Positions 19,158-27,954 of a stretch of 45,569 nucleotides of DNA are shown here, in pieces. The translations under genes and the position numbers were made by a program. The notes beneath the pieces were generated by a model that did not search any database, had not been told where the DNA came from, and saw nothing but the letters and a program-made list of their open reading frames with translations. Origin of the DNA: Thermoplasmatales archaeon SW_10_69_26 (GTDB taxonomy: Archaea > Thermoplasmatota > SW-10-69-26); NCBI GenBank assembly GCA_003009755.1, contig PXUB01000006.1:1-45569 (forward strand), read 5' to 3'. The first letter of the stretch is position 1; the number at the start of each line of letters is the position of its first letter.

Positions 19158-19721
19158 GTGTTCGTCCTGGGCCACCTCGGGTTCACCCTCATCGGAGCCC
19201 GCCTGTTGGCGCCCGCGCTCCGCCGAGGAGCCAGCTTCCCCGTGGGCTTCTTGCTCGTGGGCGCCCTGCTGCCCGACCTCGTCGACAAACCCCTCGGCCA
19301 CGTGATCCTGCCGTGGGACAACGGCCGGCTGTGGGCCCACACGCTGTTGTTCACGGTGCTGCTCGCGGCCCTCGCTTGGGGGACCGCCTCCCGCCGGCTG
19401 GGCGCCACGAGCCTCGGCGTGGGCTTCCACCAACTGCTCGACCAGATCCCCTGGCAGGACCCCGGCGCGTGGCTGTGGCCGCTGGGCTCCTTCCCTCGTG
19501 AGGTCAGCGCGGGCGTGCCCGACTGGTGGGCGGCCCTCCTCACCGACCCCTACCTGTGGACGACCGAGACGATCGGTCTGCTGGCCGTCGCGAGCCTGCT
19601 CGTGTTGCCCATGCTGGGGTGGCGCCCGGCCTGGTGGCGGGGACCCGCGTCCGACGCGTCCGCTCCGGGACCGGTGCCGGTGCCGGTGCGGCCCGGCGCG
19701 GAGGGCGAGACCGACCCCTAG
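19158..19721 (+). CDS. Membrane-bound metal-dependent hydrolase (YdjM-like)
   Basis: GH...LLPDLVDKP...R..AHT...HQLLD. Confidence 0.85.
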   Translation: MFVLGHLGFTLIGARLLAPALRRGASFPVGFLLVGALLPDLVDKPLGHVILPWDNGRLWAHTLLFTVLLAALAWGTASRRLGATSLGVGFHQLLDQIPWQDPGAWLWPLGSFPREVSAGVPDWWAALLTDPYLWTTETIGLLAVASLLVLPMLGWRPAWWRGPASDASAPGPVPVPVRPGAEGETDP

Positions 19722-19758
19722 CGAAGGGCTTTTCCCGTCGGGAACGTCCCTTGTCCCT

Positions 19759-20097
19759 GTGAACGGTCGCCTGGCGCTGGCGTTGGTGTTCCTCGTCGGC
19801 GGGGCCACGGTGGCCTTCGCCGGCGCCCAGCCGCAAGCCTCCGCCACGCCCACCCAAGCGCTCGAGGCCGGCGAGGGACCAACCCGCGTCAAGGGCGTCG
19901 TCGCCGACGTCGACCACGCCAACGACACGTTCGCGCTCACCGGCGAGGACGCCGACCTGCCGGTCGAGGCCGACCGGATGCCGGCCGCGGTTCGCGAGGG
20001 CAAGGCCCTGCTGGCGGAGGGCGAGATCGTCGTCGCCGACGGCCAGCCGGTGCTCGTGGCGGAGACAATCCAGATGGGCTGCCCGTCGACATACTGA
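19759..20097 (+). CDS. ccmE: CcmE-like heme chaperone, CxxxY type
   Basis: N-terminal anchor, OB-fold pattern (RVKGVV...P...REG...AEG), terminal CPSTY. Confidence 0.7.
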   Translation: MNGRLALALVFLVGGATVAFAGAQPQASATPTQALEAGEGPTRVKGVVADVDHANDTFALTGEDADLPVEADRMPAAVREGKALLAEGEIVVADGQPVLVAETIQMGCPSTY

Positions 20098-20157
20098 GGC
20101 CGGCTCCCGTCGCCGGACCCTCACGGTTTTCTTCCGGGCCCGGGTTGGGGGTCCACG

Positions 20158-20529
20158 ATGTGCCGGGACTGTACCGCTGACGTGCGCGAGGTGCTCGAGG
20201 AGCCGGGTCGGTTCGAGGGATCGAACCGGCAGATCGTCGAGGTCGAGGAGATCGACGGCGACGACGTGCACCTGGCCAACCACGAACCGAACCCGGCCTT
20301 CCACGTCAGCCACGTCGGCGAGCTGCTGCACTGGTTGCGGGACGATCACTTCATCTGCGGCGTCTCCAGCGGCACGACGGCGATCATGACGCTCGTCGGC
20401 GAGGGCAAGCGGGCCGAGTGCAGCCGCTGCGCGCAGAACGCCAGCCAGATCTGGGCCGTGTTGAACGCGTTGCCGGACGTGCAACGCGACGGTCAGTCCG
20501 GGCTGGCGCCGAACCCGCAGGGTCAGTGA
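20158..20529 (+). CDS. Hypothetical Cys-containing protein
   Basis: CRDC and CSRC pairs, host-like codon use, promoter-like motif 28 nt upstream. Confidence 0.7.
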   Translation: MCRDCTADVREVLEEPGRFEGSNRQIVEVEEIDGDDVHLANHEPNPAFHVSHVGELLHWLRDDHFICGVSSGTTAIMTLVGEGKRAECSRCAQNASQIWAVLNALPDVQRDGQSGLAPNPQGQ

Positions 20530-20532
20530 GGC

Positions 20533-21018
20533 TCACAGACCGGGCGCGTTGGGCTCGTGATCCTCGGCCTCTCGACGGATCGCCTCGAGCCCGGTCTCGA
20601 GCTCGTCGAGCAAGCCGGCGATTCCAGCCGAGGGGTCGTCGATCGCGTGCTCGGTGATGCGACCCCCGTCGACGCGGGTGCGGGCGGCGTCGGCCGACAG
20701 CTCGATCTCGTTGCCGGTCGACATCAAAAACGGCAGCCCGAGCTCGGTCAGGTCCAGGTCGTGCTCGTGCGTGGCCGTCAGGGCTTGCTCGTGCTCGACG
20801 GTGCCATCCTCGTCGACGGACTCGGGCCCGAACTCGACGGCGAGATCGGGGAAGGCCCGATGCATCGCGTCCACGAGCTCGATGTACTCCTCCTTGCCGA
20901 GTTCGTGGGAGAGACCCTCCTGTTCGAAGACGAAGCCCTCGTCCATGCACTCGGCCAACGTCTCCGTGTCCCCTTCCTTGTGGGCCCTCGCCCACCGTTC
21001 CAAGATGCCGGTATCCAT
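20533..21018 (-). CDS. SnoaL/NTF2-like protein
   Basis: GD...L...M.E.F, AFPDL, TATHE, STGNEI, GGRITE pattern; start MDTGIL. Confidence 0.75.
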   Translation of the reverse strand: MDTGILERWARAHKEGDTETLAECMDEGFVFEQEGLSHELGKEEYIELVDAMHRAFPDLAVEFGPESVDEDGTVEHEQALTATHEHDLDLTELGLPFLMSTGNEIELSADAARTRVDGGRITEHAIDDPSAGIAGLLDELETGLEAIRREAEDHEPNAPGL

Positions 21019-21129
21019 GCGTTCGTCCCCCGCGAGAGGACGTCCCATGTGTGGGTCCTGGTACTTGAGGCTGCGGGTGGGGGAACCCCGCGCTGTAAGG
21101 ATAAGAACGGGGGGGACCACCAAGTACGC

Positions 21130-21387
21130 GAAGGGACACCAGGGCACAAACGAGAGCAGCTGCCGTGACAAAGCCGCCCGGCGGCGAGTCACAGGCCCTT
21201 CGTGGCCTTGGCGATCCCTCGTATCCTTCGCGGCCCCTGCTTAACCAGACAGCCCGACGTGAGGGGACGCCAGGGCACAACGGGGAGCAGCTGCTGTGAC
21301 AAAGCCGCCCGGCGGCGAGTCACAGGGCCTTCGTGGCCTTGGCGATCCTTCGTGTCCTTCGCGGCCCCTGCTTAACGAGACAGCCCG
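21130..21387. repeat. Tandem direct repeat, 2 x 127 bp (period 131), with internal hairpins
   Basis: 21130-21256 and 21261-21387 differ at ~10 positions; central GTGAC-GCCGC/GCGGC-GTCAC hairpin at 21165-21192 and 21296-21323. Confidence 0.92.
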
Positions 21388-21410
21388 GGGGAACCCGGCG
21401 GTCGCCGATC

Positions 21411-22181
21411 TCAGGCCAGCTGCTGGACGAGCAGGGCCAACAGGACCGCGACGAGGACGCTGGCGAGCGTGCCGACGAGGAAGTACTCGGCGAAGGGTCG
21501 GCTTTTGAGCTCCTCGAACCGGGCCAGCGATTTGGCCCCGACGACGAGCACGATCGCCTCCCACTGGCCGGCGAAGGCGAGCACGAGCACGATCCAGCGT
21601 TCCAGCATCCCGATCGTTCCGCCGGCGCCCAGATCCTCGTTCGTATCGGGGGCGTCGATCGAGGCCATCGCCCGCCGGGGCAGCAAGCCCTGCACGATCG
21701 CGTTCCCGCCGTGGCCGGCGAACACGAACGCGGAGACGTACAGGCTGCCGGTCGCAAGCAGCGACCACGCCTGGAAGGGCAGCCCGTCCAACGCCTGGAC
21801 GACAGGTGAGCCCGTCCAGGCCTGGCTGGGGATCTGGGTCCAGACGACGAGCAGGACGAGCACGTGGACCAGCTGGTCGCCGGCGAACAGGCCCAGCGAG
21901 GCCTCCGCGGGGTCGCCCAGCCGGGCTTTGACCCCGTCGACGAGGACGTGGGTGAGGCCGATGGCGAGCACGAGCCCGGCGACGGAGACGGTCAGCATCG
22001 GGGCGAGCACGAGCAGATGCACGAGGGTCACGACGAGCCCGTGGGCGAGCAACGGCCCCCAGCGGTGCTTGTGGGCGACCATGCGGTCGGTCTGGAGCGC
22101 GAAGTCGGCCAGGACGTGACCGAGCAAGAGCAAGGCCAACGCCGCGCCCTGGGGACCCATGCCGGCGAGCGCTCCGCTCAC
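21411..22181 (-). CDS. DUF3307 membrane protein
   Basis: HVLADFALQ, H...THVLVD, DQLVH, IGMLER, AKSLARF, EYFLVGTL; GTGA overlap with SatD. Confidence 0.9.
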   Translation of the reverse strand: MSGALAGMGPQGAALALLLLGHVLADFALQTDRMVAHKHRWGPLLAHGLVVTLVHLLVLAPMLTVSVAGLVLAIGLTHVLVDGVKARLGDPAEASLGLFAGDQLVHVLVLLVVWTQIPSQAWTGSPVVQALDGLPFQAWSLLATGSLYVSAFVFAGHGGNAIVQGLLPRRAMASIDAPDTNEDLGAGGTIGMLERWIVLVLAFAGQWEAIVLVVGAKSLARFEELKSRPFAEYFLVGTLASVLVAVLLALLVQQLA

Positions 22182-22819
22182 GGCGCGTCCTCCCCGGGTT
22201 CGCGGTCAAGGTAGGTGCCCACCTGGGTCTCGGCGGCGTGGACCTCGCGGGCGTGGGCCGCCGACAGGCTCTCGGAGACCGAGGACTTGGATCGTTGGAA
22301 GGCCTCGGCGACGGCTTGCTGTGTGTCGGCATCGCGGACGGCCAAGGCGTACCGGCACTGGACCTGGGTCCAGTCCGAGCGCGTGGCTTGCACGAGGCCG
22401 AGCATCGCGGAGGCGTGGGCGTCGGGCTCGGTGCCGAAGCCGCGGACCTCGACGCCGGCCGGCGTCGGGTCGGCGGCCTCGATCGCGGCCCGGGCACGGT
22501 GGAAGCAGGGTCCGTCCATGCCGATGGCCTCGGGTTCGAGCGAGGTCTCCAGGCCGCCTCGACCGAGGCCGAAGGCGAAGGACAGCTCGGCCAACCGCTC
22601 GTCGAGCCGGCCCAGGGCCTCGACGGCCGCCGAGGGCACGTGGAACAGGCCCTGGAACTCGTCGCCGGTCGTGATCACCATCTCGGCCGCCAGCGAGGCT
22701 GCCAGATCCTCGTTGACCTCCCCGAGCGCCGAGGCGAGCTCCTGCTGGACGCCGGCGCGGTCCTCGAGCTCGCGCGAGCCGCGGATGTCGCCGATCAACG
22801 CCGTGTAGATCCCGTCCAT
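22178..22819 (-). CDS. SatD family protein (cyclase-like domain + C-terminal HTH)
   Basis: GDIRGSR, TGDEFQG, GLGRG, MDGPCFHRAR, WT..Q, TQQAVAEAF.RSKSSVSESL. Confidence 0.9.
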   Translation of the reverse strand: MDGIYTALIGDIRGSRELEDRAGVQQELASALGEVNEDLAASLAAEMVITTGDEFQGLFHVPSAAVEALGRLDERLAELSFAFGLGRGGLETSLEPEAIGMDGPCFHRARAAIEAADPTPAGVEVRGFGTEPDAHASAMLGLVQATRSDWTQVQCRYALAVRDADTQQAVAEAFQRSKSSVSESLSAAHAREVHAAETQVGTYLDREPGEDAP

Positions 22820-22822
22820 GTC

Positions 22823-22901
22823 GTTCGGTCGCCTGTCCGAACCTCGGACCGGTTCGGTTTATGAGTCGAACACATCTAAAGGTTCGGTGTAGGCGTCGAA
22901 C
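22823..22901. promoter_or_regulatory. Three palindromic operator-like sites GTTCGG-N8-YCGAAC
   Basis: 22823-22842, 22852-22871 and 22882-22901, directly upstream of the SatD ATG and flanking a TATA-like CTTTAGAT (minus). Confidence 0.8.
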
Positions 22902-22974
22902 GCCGAAGGCGGCGGTGCCGGTGTCCCCCAAGCTTCATCCCAGCCGCGGGCGCACAATCGGCCCGGTGGCGCCC

Positions 22975-23148
22975 ATGTCCGAGGAGACCGACGAGCAAGA
23001 GAAACGCGAGCTCACGCAGGACCCCGAGAACCTGCTCGACGAGGAGACCGACGACGAGGACGTCGAGCAAGCCCGCGAAGAGGGGGGCCTGCGCAAGGAC
23101 CCAGAGGACAAGGCCGAGGACACGGAGAACAAGCACCAGCCCTCCTGA
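22975..23148 (+). CDS. Small highly acidic protein (57 aa)
   Basis: MSEETDEQ...; host-like codon use; internal EETD...DPE repeat. Confidence 0.65.
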   Translation: MSEETDEQEKRELTQDPENLLDEETDDEDVEQAREEGGLRKDPEDKAEDTENKHQPS

Positions 23149-23280
23149 GCGGAAGCGGCTCCTCGAGGCGGTACGTCGACCACGAGGAGCCCGGGCCGAG
23201 CCCGCGAGGGCGGACGAAATGCCGCCGATCGGAGCTCCTGCCTGATCGGGCCGGGCCGCCGGCCCACCTCGCTTGTCTTT

Positions 23281-23691
23281 TCAATCGCTGACGACGGGGC
23301 CGAACTTGTACCCGTAGTGGACGACGCCGGACTCGCTGGCTTCGCCCAGCTTGCGGAACCGGGATTCCAGCTCCATGCCGATCTCGACCTCCTCGGGATC
23401 GAGGTCGACGATCTGGGCGGTGACGCGGGGGCCCTCGTCGAGCTCGACGATGCCCATCAGGTAGGGCGTCTCGAGTTCGCGGTCGGACAGGGCCTCGTGG
23501 ACGCGCGTCCAGGTGACGAGCTCGCCGGTGCCCTCGAAGCGGACCTCCTCCATCTGGCCCTGGGACTCGTGGCGGCAATCGGGGCAAAGCGAGCGGCGCG
23601 GGAACACGCGCAGCCCGCAGTTGTTGCACTTGCTGCCGACGAGCTTGTAGCGTTCGCTCTGCTCGCGCCAGTAACGGGGAACCTGCATCAC
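23281..23691 (-). CDS. DUF35 Zn-ribbon/OB-fold protein (thiolase-HMGS scaffold)
   Basis: PRYWRE, CNNCG...CPDC, YGYKF; coupled to the thiolase. Confidence 0.93.
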   Translation of the reverse strand: MMQVPRYWREQSERYKLVGSKCNNCGLRVFPRRSLCPDCRHESQGQMEEVRFEGTGELVTWTRVHEALSDRELETPYLMGIVELDEGPRVTAQIVDLDPEEVEIGMELESRFRKLGEASESGVVHYGYKFGPVVSD

Positions 23692-24863
23692 AGCTCACCT
23701 CCGCCTTCGAGGACGTGGACGATCGAGGTCCCGCCGGTGCCGGCCACCGCCTGCGTGAGGCCGACCTGGGCGTCCTCGACCTGCCGTTCGCCCGCATCCC
23801 GTCGGATCTGGGCCGCCACCTCGGCGGCCTGGGCGAGGCCGGTCGCGCCGAGAGCGTGCCCGCGAGCCTTCAGTCCGCCCGAGGGGTTGACGACGAGGTC
23901 GCCGCCGTGCGTGGTGCGGCCCTTGACGGTGGCGGTTGCGGCCATGCCGGGCTCGTAGAAGCCCAGCGATTCGAGCGAGATCAGCTCGGCGATCGTGTAC
24001 ACGTCGTGCAGCTCGGCCAGGTCGACGTCCTCGGGGCCGTGGTCGGTCTCGGCGAAGGCTTCCTCGGCGGCGGCCTGGCTGCTGGCGAGCTCGGTGATCG
24101 CGTCGCGACGGTGCAAGGCCAGCGCGTCGCTGGCTTGCGCGGTCGCCGTGATCTGGACGCGGGGGCCGCCGAGCTGTTCGGCGGTGTCGCGGTCGGCGAG
24201 CACGAGCGCGGCCGCCCCGTCGACGGGGCTGGCACAGTCGAACATGCGGATCGGGTCGCTGACCGGCGGACTGCCCTTGACGCTCTCGAGGCTCGTCGTG
24301 AACGGGAACGCGGCGTCGGGGTTGTCGGCGCCGTGCTCGTGGTTCTTGACGGCCACGTGGGCCAGCTGGTCGCGCGTGGTGCCATGCTCGGCGGCGTGCG
24401 AGCGCGCCATCATGGCGTACAGCGCCGGCAGCGTGGCCCCGAAGAAGCCCTCCCACTCCATGTCGGCGCTCGAGGCCAGCGCGCGGGTCGCATCGTCCTC
24501 GAGCACGTCGGTCATCTTCTCGACGCCACCGGCGACGACCACGTCGTGGGCGCCGGAGGCGACGGCGAGCGCGGCCGATCGCAGGGCCGCAGCCCCGCTC
24601 GCGTCGCCCGCTTCGATGCGGGTGGCGGGCACGTGGTGGCCGGCCAGGCCCGCCTCGTCGAGCGCGAGCACGCCCAGCTGTTGCTGGCCGAGCAACCGGC
24701 CGGCGCTGGCCGAGGCGACGTACATCGCGTCGATGTCCGGGCCACGGACGCCAGCGTCTTGGACGGCCTCGAGCCCGGCCTCGGTGATCAGCTCGCGGAG
24801 AGCCTTCTCCCACAGCTCGCCGAACTCGGTCATGCCGACGCCGACGATGAACACATCACGCAT
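23688..24863 (-). CDS. Archaeal acetoacetyl-CoA thiolase family protein
   Basis: GVGMTEFGELW, GVEKMTD, ELHD, NPSGGLKARGH; expected nucleophile motif reads EAGDASG. Confidence 0.92.
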   Translation of the reverse strand: MRDVFIVGVGMTEFGELWEKALRELITEAGLEAVQDAGVRGPDIDAMYVASASAGRLLGQQQLGVLALDEAGLAGHHVPATRIEAGDASGAAALRSAALAVASGAHDVVVAGGVEKMTDVLEDDATRALASSADMEWEGFFGATLPALYAMMARSHAAEHGTTRDQLAHVAVKNHEHGADNPDAAFPFTTSLESVKGSPPVSDPIRMFDCASPVDGAAALVLADRDTAEQLGGPRVQITATAQASDALALHRRDAITELASSQAAAEEAFAETDHGPEDVDLAELHDVYTIAELISLESLGFYEPGMAATATVKGRTTHGGDLVVNPSGGLKARGHALGATGLAQAAEVAAQIRRDAGERQVEDAQVGLTQAVAGTGGTSIVHVLEGGGEL

Positions 24864-24948
24864 ACGGATCGCCTCCCTCGTGGGGCATCTTGGTGTGCCG
24901 GGTGCGGTAGCGCCACAAGATCGCGATGATCGTGAGCGCGACGATCAT
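24856..24948 (-). CDS. Putative 30-aa membrane micropeptide
   Basis: [30 protein letters not shown]; GGAGGTGA SD; ATGA overlap with the HMGS stop; its stop overlaps the thiolase start. Confidence 0.65.
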   Translation of the reverse strand: MIVALTIIAILWRYRTRHTKMPHEGGDPYA

Positions 24949-26003
24949 GCCGTCACCTCCCCTTCATCGATCTTGCCGCGGAACTTCGCGTACGTGGCGT
25001 AGTCGATCTCCTTGCGGTCGTCGACCAGATCGCGCACGGTCGGCGAGCTCCGGCGGTAGTCGGCCATCTCCTCGGTGACCGTCAGGTCGAAGGCGTCGGA
25101 GCCGGCGCCCGAGCCGTAGCCGCACACGAAGATGCGGCTGCCGGGCCGGGCGACGTCGAGGATGGCGGACAAGCCGATCAGGACGGCCCCGGAGTAGGTG
25201 TTGCCGATGACGGGCGCCAGAAGGCCGGTCTCCGTCTGCTTGTCGGAGAAGCCCAGCTGCTTGGCGGCGCGCACCGGGAACTTGCCGTTGGGCTGGTGGA
25301 AGACGGCGTAATCGTAGTCCTCGGGCTCGGTGCCCGCCTCCTCCAACAGCTGGTTGCTGCAGTTGAGCGTGTGCCGGTAGTAGGCGGGTTCGCCCGTGAA
25401 GCGGGCGGCGTGGGAGGGGTACTTCTCGCCCTCGCGCCGCCAGAAGTCGGGGGTGTCGGTCGTGTAGCTGACGGTGTGATCGATCTCGGCGATGATGTCA
25501 TCGTCGTCAGTGCCGATCTGGAAGGCGGCCGCGCCCGCGCTGGCGGCGTACTCGAGCGCGTCGCCGGGGGCGCCCTGGCTCGTGTCGGCGCCGATGGCGA
25601 GCGCGGTGTCAACCATGCCGGAGGACACCATGCCCAGCGAGGACTGGATCGCGGCCGTGCCGGCCTTGCAGGCGAACTCGAAGTCGGCGGCCGTCATGCG
25701 CGGCGAGGCGCCGATGGCCTCGGCCACGATCGTCGCCGTCGGTTTGACGGCGTAGACGTGGCTCTCGGAGCCGATGTAGATCGCGCCCAGCGCGTCGGGG
25801 CCGCGATCCGAGCGGCGCAGCGCTTGTCGGGCAGCCTCGACGGACAGCGTCGTCGTGTCCTCGTCGGGGCCGGGGACGGACTTCTCTTGCACGTTGAGGC
25901 CCTTGGCGACGGAGTTGTCCTCCTTGCCCCACACGCGGGAGATCTCCTCGGTGGTGATCCGGTAGCGCGGGATCCAGGCCCCGTAGCTGACGATGCCGAC
26001 CAT
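24945..26003 (-). CDS. Hydroxymethylglutaryl-CoA synthase, archaeal type
   Basis: [44 protein letters not shown]. Confidence 0.96.
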   Translation of the reverse strand: MVGIVSYGAWIPRYRITTEEISRVWGKEDNSVAKGLNVQEKSVPGPDEDTTTLSVEAARQALRRSDRGPDALGAIYIGSESHVYAVKPTATIVAEAIGASPRMTAADFEFACKAGTAAIQSSLGMVSSGMVDTALAIGADTSQGAPGDALEYAASAGAAAFQIGTDDDDIIAEIDHTVSYTTDTPDFWRREGEKYPSHAARFTGEPAYYRHTLNCSNQLLEEAGTEPEDYDYAVFHQPNGKFPVRAAKQLGFSDKQTETGLLAPVIGNTYSGAVLIGLSAILDVARPGSRIFVCGYGSGAGSDAFDLTVTEEMADYRRSSPTVRDLVDDRKEIDYATYAKFRGKIDEGEVTA

Positions 26004-26005
26004 GC

Positions 26006-26695
26006 TTACACCTTCCTCAGGTCTTCGATCATGCTCTCGAGTCCGACGGTCGTCGAGACCAGCGGGATGCCTTCCATGCCGGCCAGCTTGGTCGCGAGAT
26101 CGTCCACGCTCTTGGGCTGGTGGTAGACGACCATCGCCGGCTTCATCGGGTGAACGCGCACGGCCACCATCGGGCTGCGTCCGTACGTGATGCCGGTGAA
26201 GATGAGCGCTCGCTCGCTCGACCACCCGTACATCTTGAGGTAGTCGAAGCTGGACAGCTCGGTGATCGCCTTCAACGAGTCGACGACCGTGTAGCCTTTC
26301 AGCTCGCGGTCGAGGTCGTCCTCGGCGGCGAGCACGTCCCCGTCCAGCGTCTCGACGATGTCGCGCGCCGGCACGGGCTCGTACAGTTCGCGGATGTCCA
26401 AGATCGCCCCAGGCGTGTCCCGCAGCGAGGAGTACTTCCGCAACACGGAGCCACCCTGGGCTTCGTCGATGTCCAGCAGGGCTTGCACCATGCGGCGCAC
26501 GGTCTTCGTGCCCGGGCTCTCGCGGCGACCGGACTCGTAGTCGGAGATCACGCTGGGGGAGACGTCCAGTTGTTCGGCGAGATCCGTCTGCGAGACGCCG
26601 AACGTCCCCCGCCACTTCTTGATCGTCTGGCCGGGATTCTCGGACAGCGAGATCTCGCCGGCCATCTTCTCCGCGAGCACCGCCCGGGTCTGCAT
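26006..26695 (-). CDS. XRE-family HTH transcriptional regulator (COG1709-like)
   Basis: [48 protein letters not shown]. Confidence 0.9.
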   Translation of the reverse strand: MQTRAVLAEKMAGEISLSENPGQTIKKWRGTFGVSQTDLAEQLDVSPSVISDYESGRRESPGTKTVRRMVQALLDIDEAQGGSVLRKYSSLRDTPGAILDIRELYEPVPARDIVETLDGDVLAAEDDLDRELKGYTVVDSLKAITELSSFDYLKMYGWSSERALIFTGITYGRSPMVAVRVHPMKPAMVVYHQPKSVDDLATKLAGMEGIPLVSTTVGLESMIEDLRKV

Positions 26696-26864
26696 CCACC
26701 CCGGACAGCACCCTCTCCCTCATAACTGTTGCCGATTCCGGGTACGTCGGACGTCGAAGGGAACCGTTCATCCGGGGGTTGCCCCCGAACGCGCGATTCG
26801 TCCTCTGACGCTCGGGGCAACCGAAGGCTTATCCCTGAGCCGGCTCGCACCCATCAGACCCGCC

Positions 26865-26993
26865 GTGGAGACGCGAACCTGCGATCGCTGCGACGCCGAA
26901 CGAAGCGTGGCCGCCGTCTGGTACCTCGTGAACACCGACCGAGGCCGCTTCGTGTGCGGCCCCTGTCACCAAGACCAGCCCGCCGAGCCCTAA
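26865..26993 (+). CDS. Small zinc-finger protein (42 aa)
   Basis: GTG start, CDRC...CGPC, promoter-like GAAGGCTTAT upstream. Confidence 0.6.
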   Translation: METRTCDRCDAERSVAAVWYLVNTDRGRFVCGPCHQDQPAEP

Positions 26994-27052
26994 ACCCCCA
27001 CGTAGCCGTTCGCGGGCGAGAGCTTTCAACGACCAGCTACACTGGCGTCCCC

Positions 27053-27493
27053 ATGCCCACGAACGAGCGAGGTTACGAGGTACCCACGCTCGCCACCGAC
27101 GCCGTCCTCATCGAAGACGGCCAGGTCCTGTTGATCCGCCGCGGCAAGGACCCAGCCGAGGGCCAGTGGGCCCTGCCTGGCGGTTTCGTCGAGGTGGGTG
27201 AGACCATCGAGCAGGCTTGCGTGCGCGAGCTGGCCGAGGAGACCGGCATCGAGGCCGAGCCCGTCGAGCTCGTCGGCGTCTACAGCGACCCCGACCGCGA
27301 CCCGCGCGGGCACATCATCTCCACCCCGTTCGTCGTTCGACGAACCACCGAGGCCGAAGGCATCGACGCCGCCGGCGCCGACGACGCCGCCGAAGCCGCA
27401 TGGTTCGACCTCGTCGACCTGCCCGCGATGGCGTTCGACCACGGCCAGATCCTCGACGACGCGAAAGGACGGATCGAAGCCGCAAGGCGGTGA
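27053..27493 (+). CDS. Nudix hydrolase
   Basis: WALPGGFVEVGETIEQACVRELAEETG, YSDPDRDPRGH, AFDH. Confidence 0.95.
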   Translation: MPTNERGYEVPTLATDAVLIEDGQVLLIRRGKDPAEGQWALPGGFVEVGETIEQACVRELAEETGIEAEPVELVGVYSDPDRDPRGHIISTPFVVRRTTEAEGIDAAGADDAAEAAWFDLVDLPAMAFDHGQILDDAKGRIEAARR

Positions 27494-27771
27494 AGCGGTC
27501 GACCGCGTCGCCGTCCCGACCTGGGAGGAGTCGCTTGCCCGAACCGCCGCCGGCCCTCACGATGGCCACCGATCGCGACCGGGATGGACGTGCTGAAGCT
27601 GGATTAGGCTTCGAGAAGAGGACGACGCCGGACGGAGAGGGTCGACAGGCACGTAGCGAGGGCGGTATCGATGGGACGGTGGGAGAAAAGCGGAGGAGAT
27701 CGCGGAAGGCAACGAAACGAAGCAGAGGCCAACGGGGACGGAGATGTGGCCGAAACGGCGAGGGCGTCGAC

Positions 27772-27954
27772 CCGGTCAACGCTGCTGTGGTGCAATCAGG
27801 GTCTATGGGCGAGGGTCTGCAAGATCAGAGACCGCCATGGCGCAATGTTCGCGGCGGTCTCTGACTTCACCCGAACGCTCGTCACCGCCGTATCCGCGAG
27901 CGTTCGGGTTCGTTCAAATCCGGTCAGGCGCCGCTATGGCGTAGTAGAAGACTA
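27772..27954. repeat. Three-hairpin cassette with duplicated tRNA 3' end
   Basis: 27912-27925 is a perfect inverted copy of tRNA 27962-27975; stems 27869-27881/27897-27909 and 27825-27836/27853-27864; CTATGGGCGAG at 27803-27813 and 27952-27962. Confidence 0.85.

Noticed and set aside
22823-22901. Mini-CRISPR
   Set aside because: Gaps between units are only 9-10 bp and the variable part is inside a palindrome, which fits operators.
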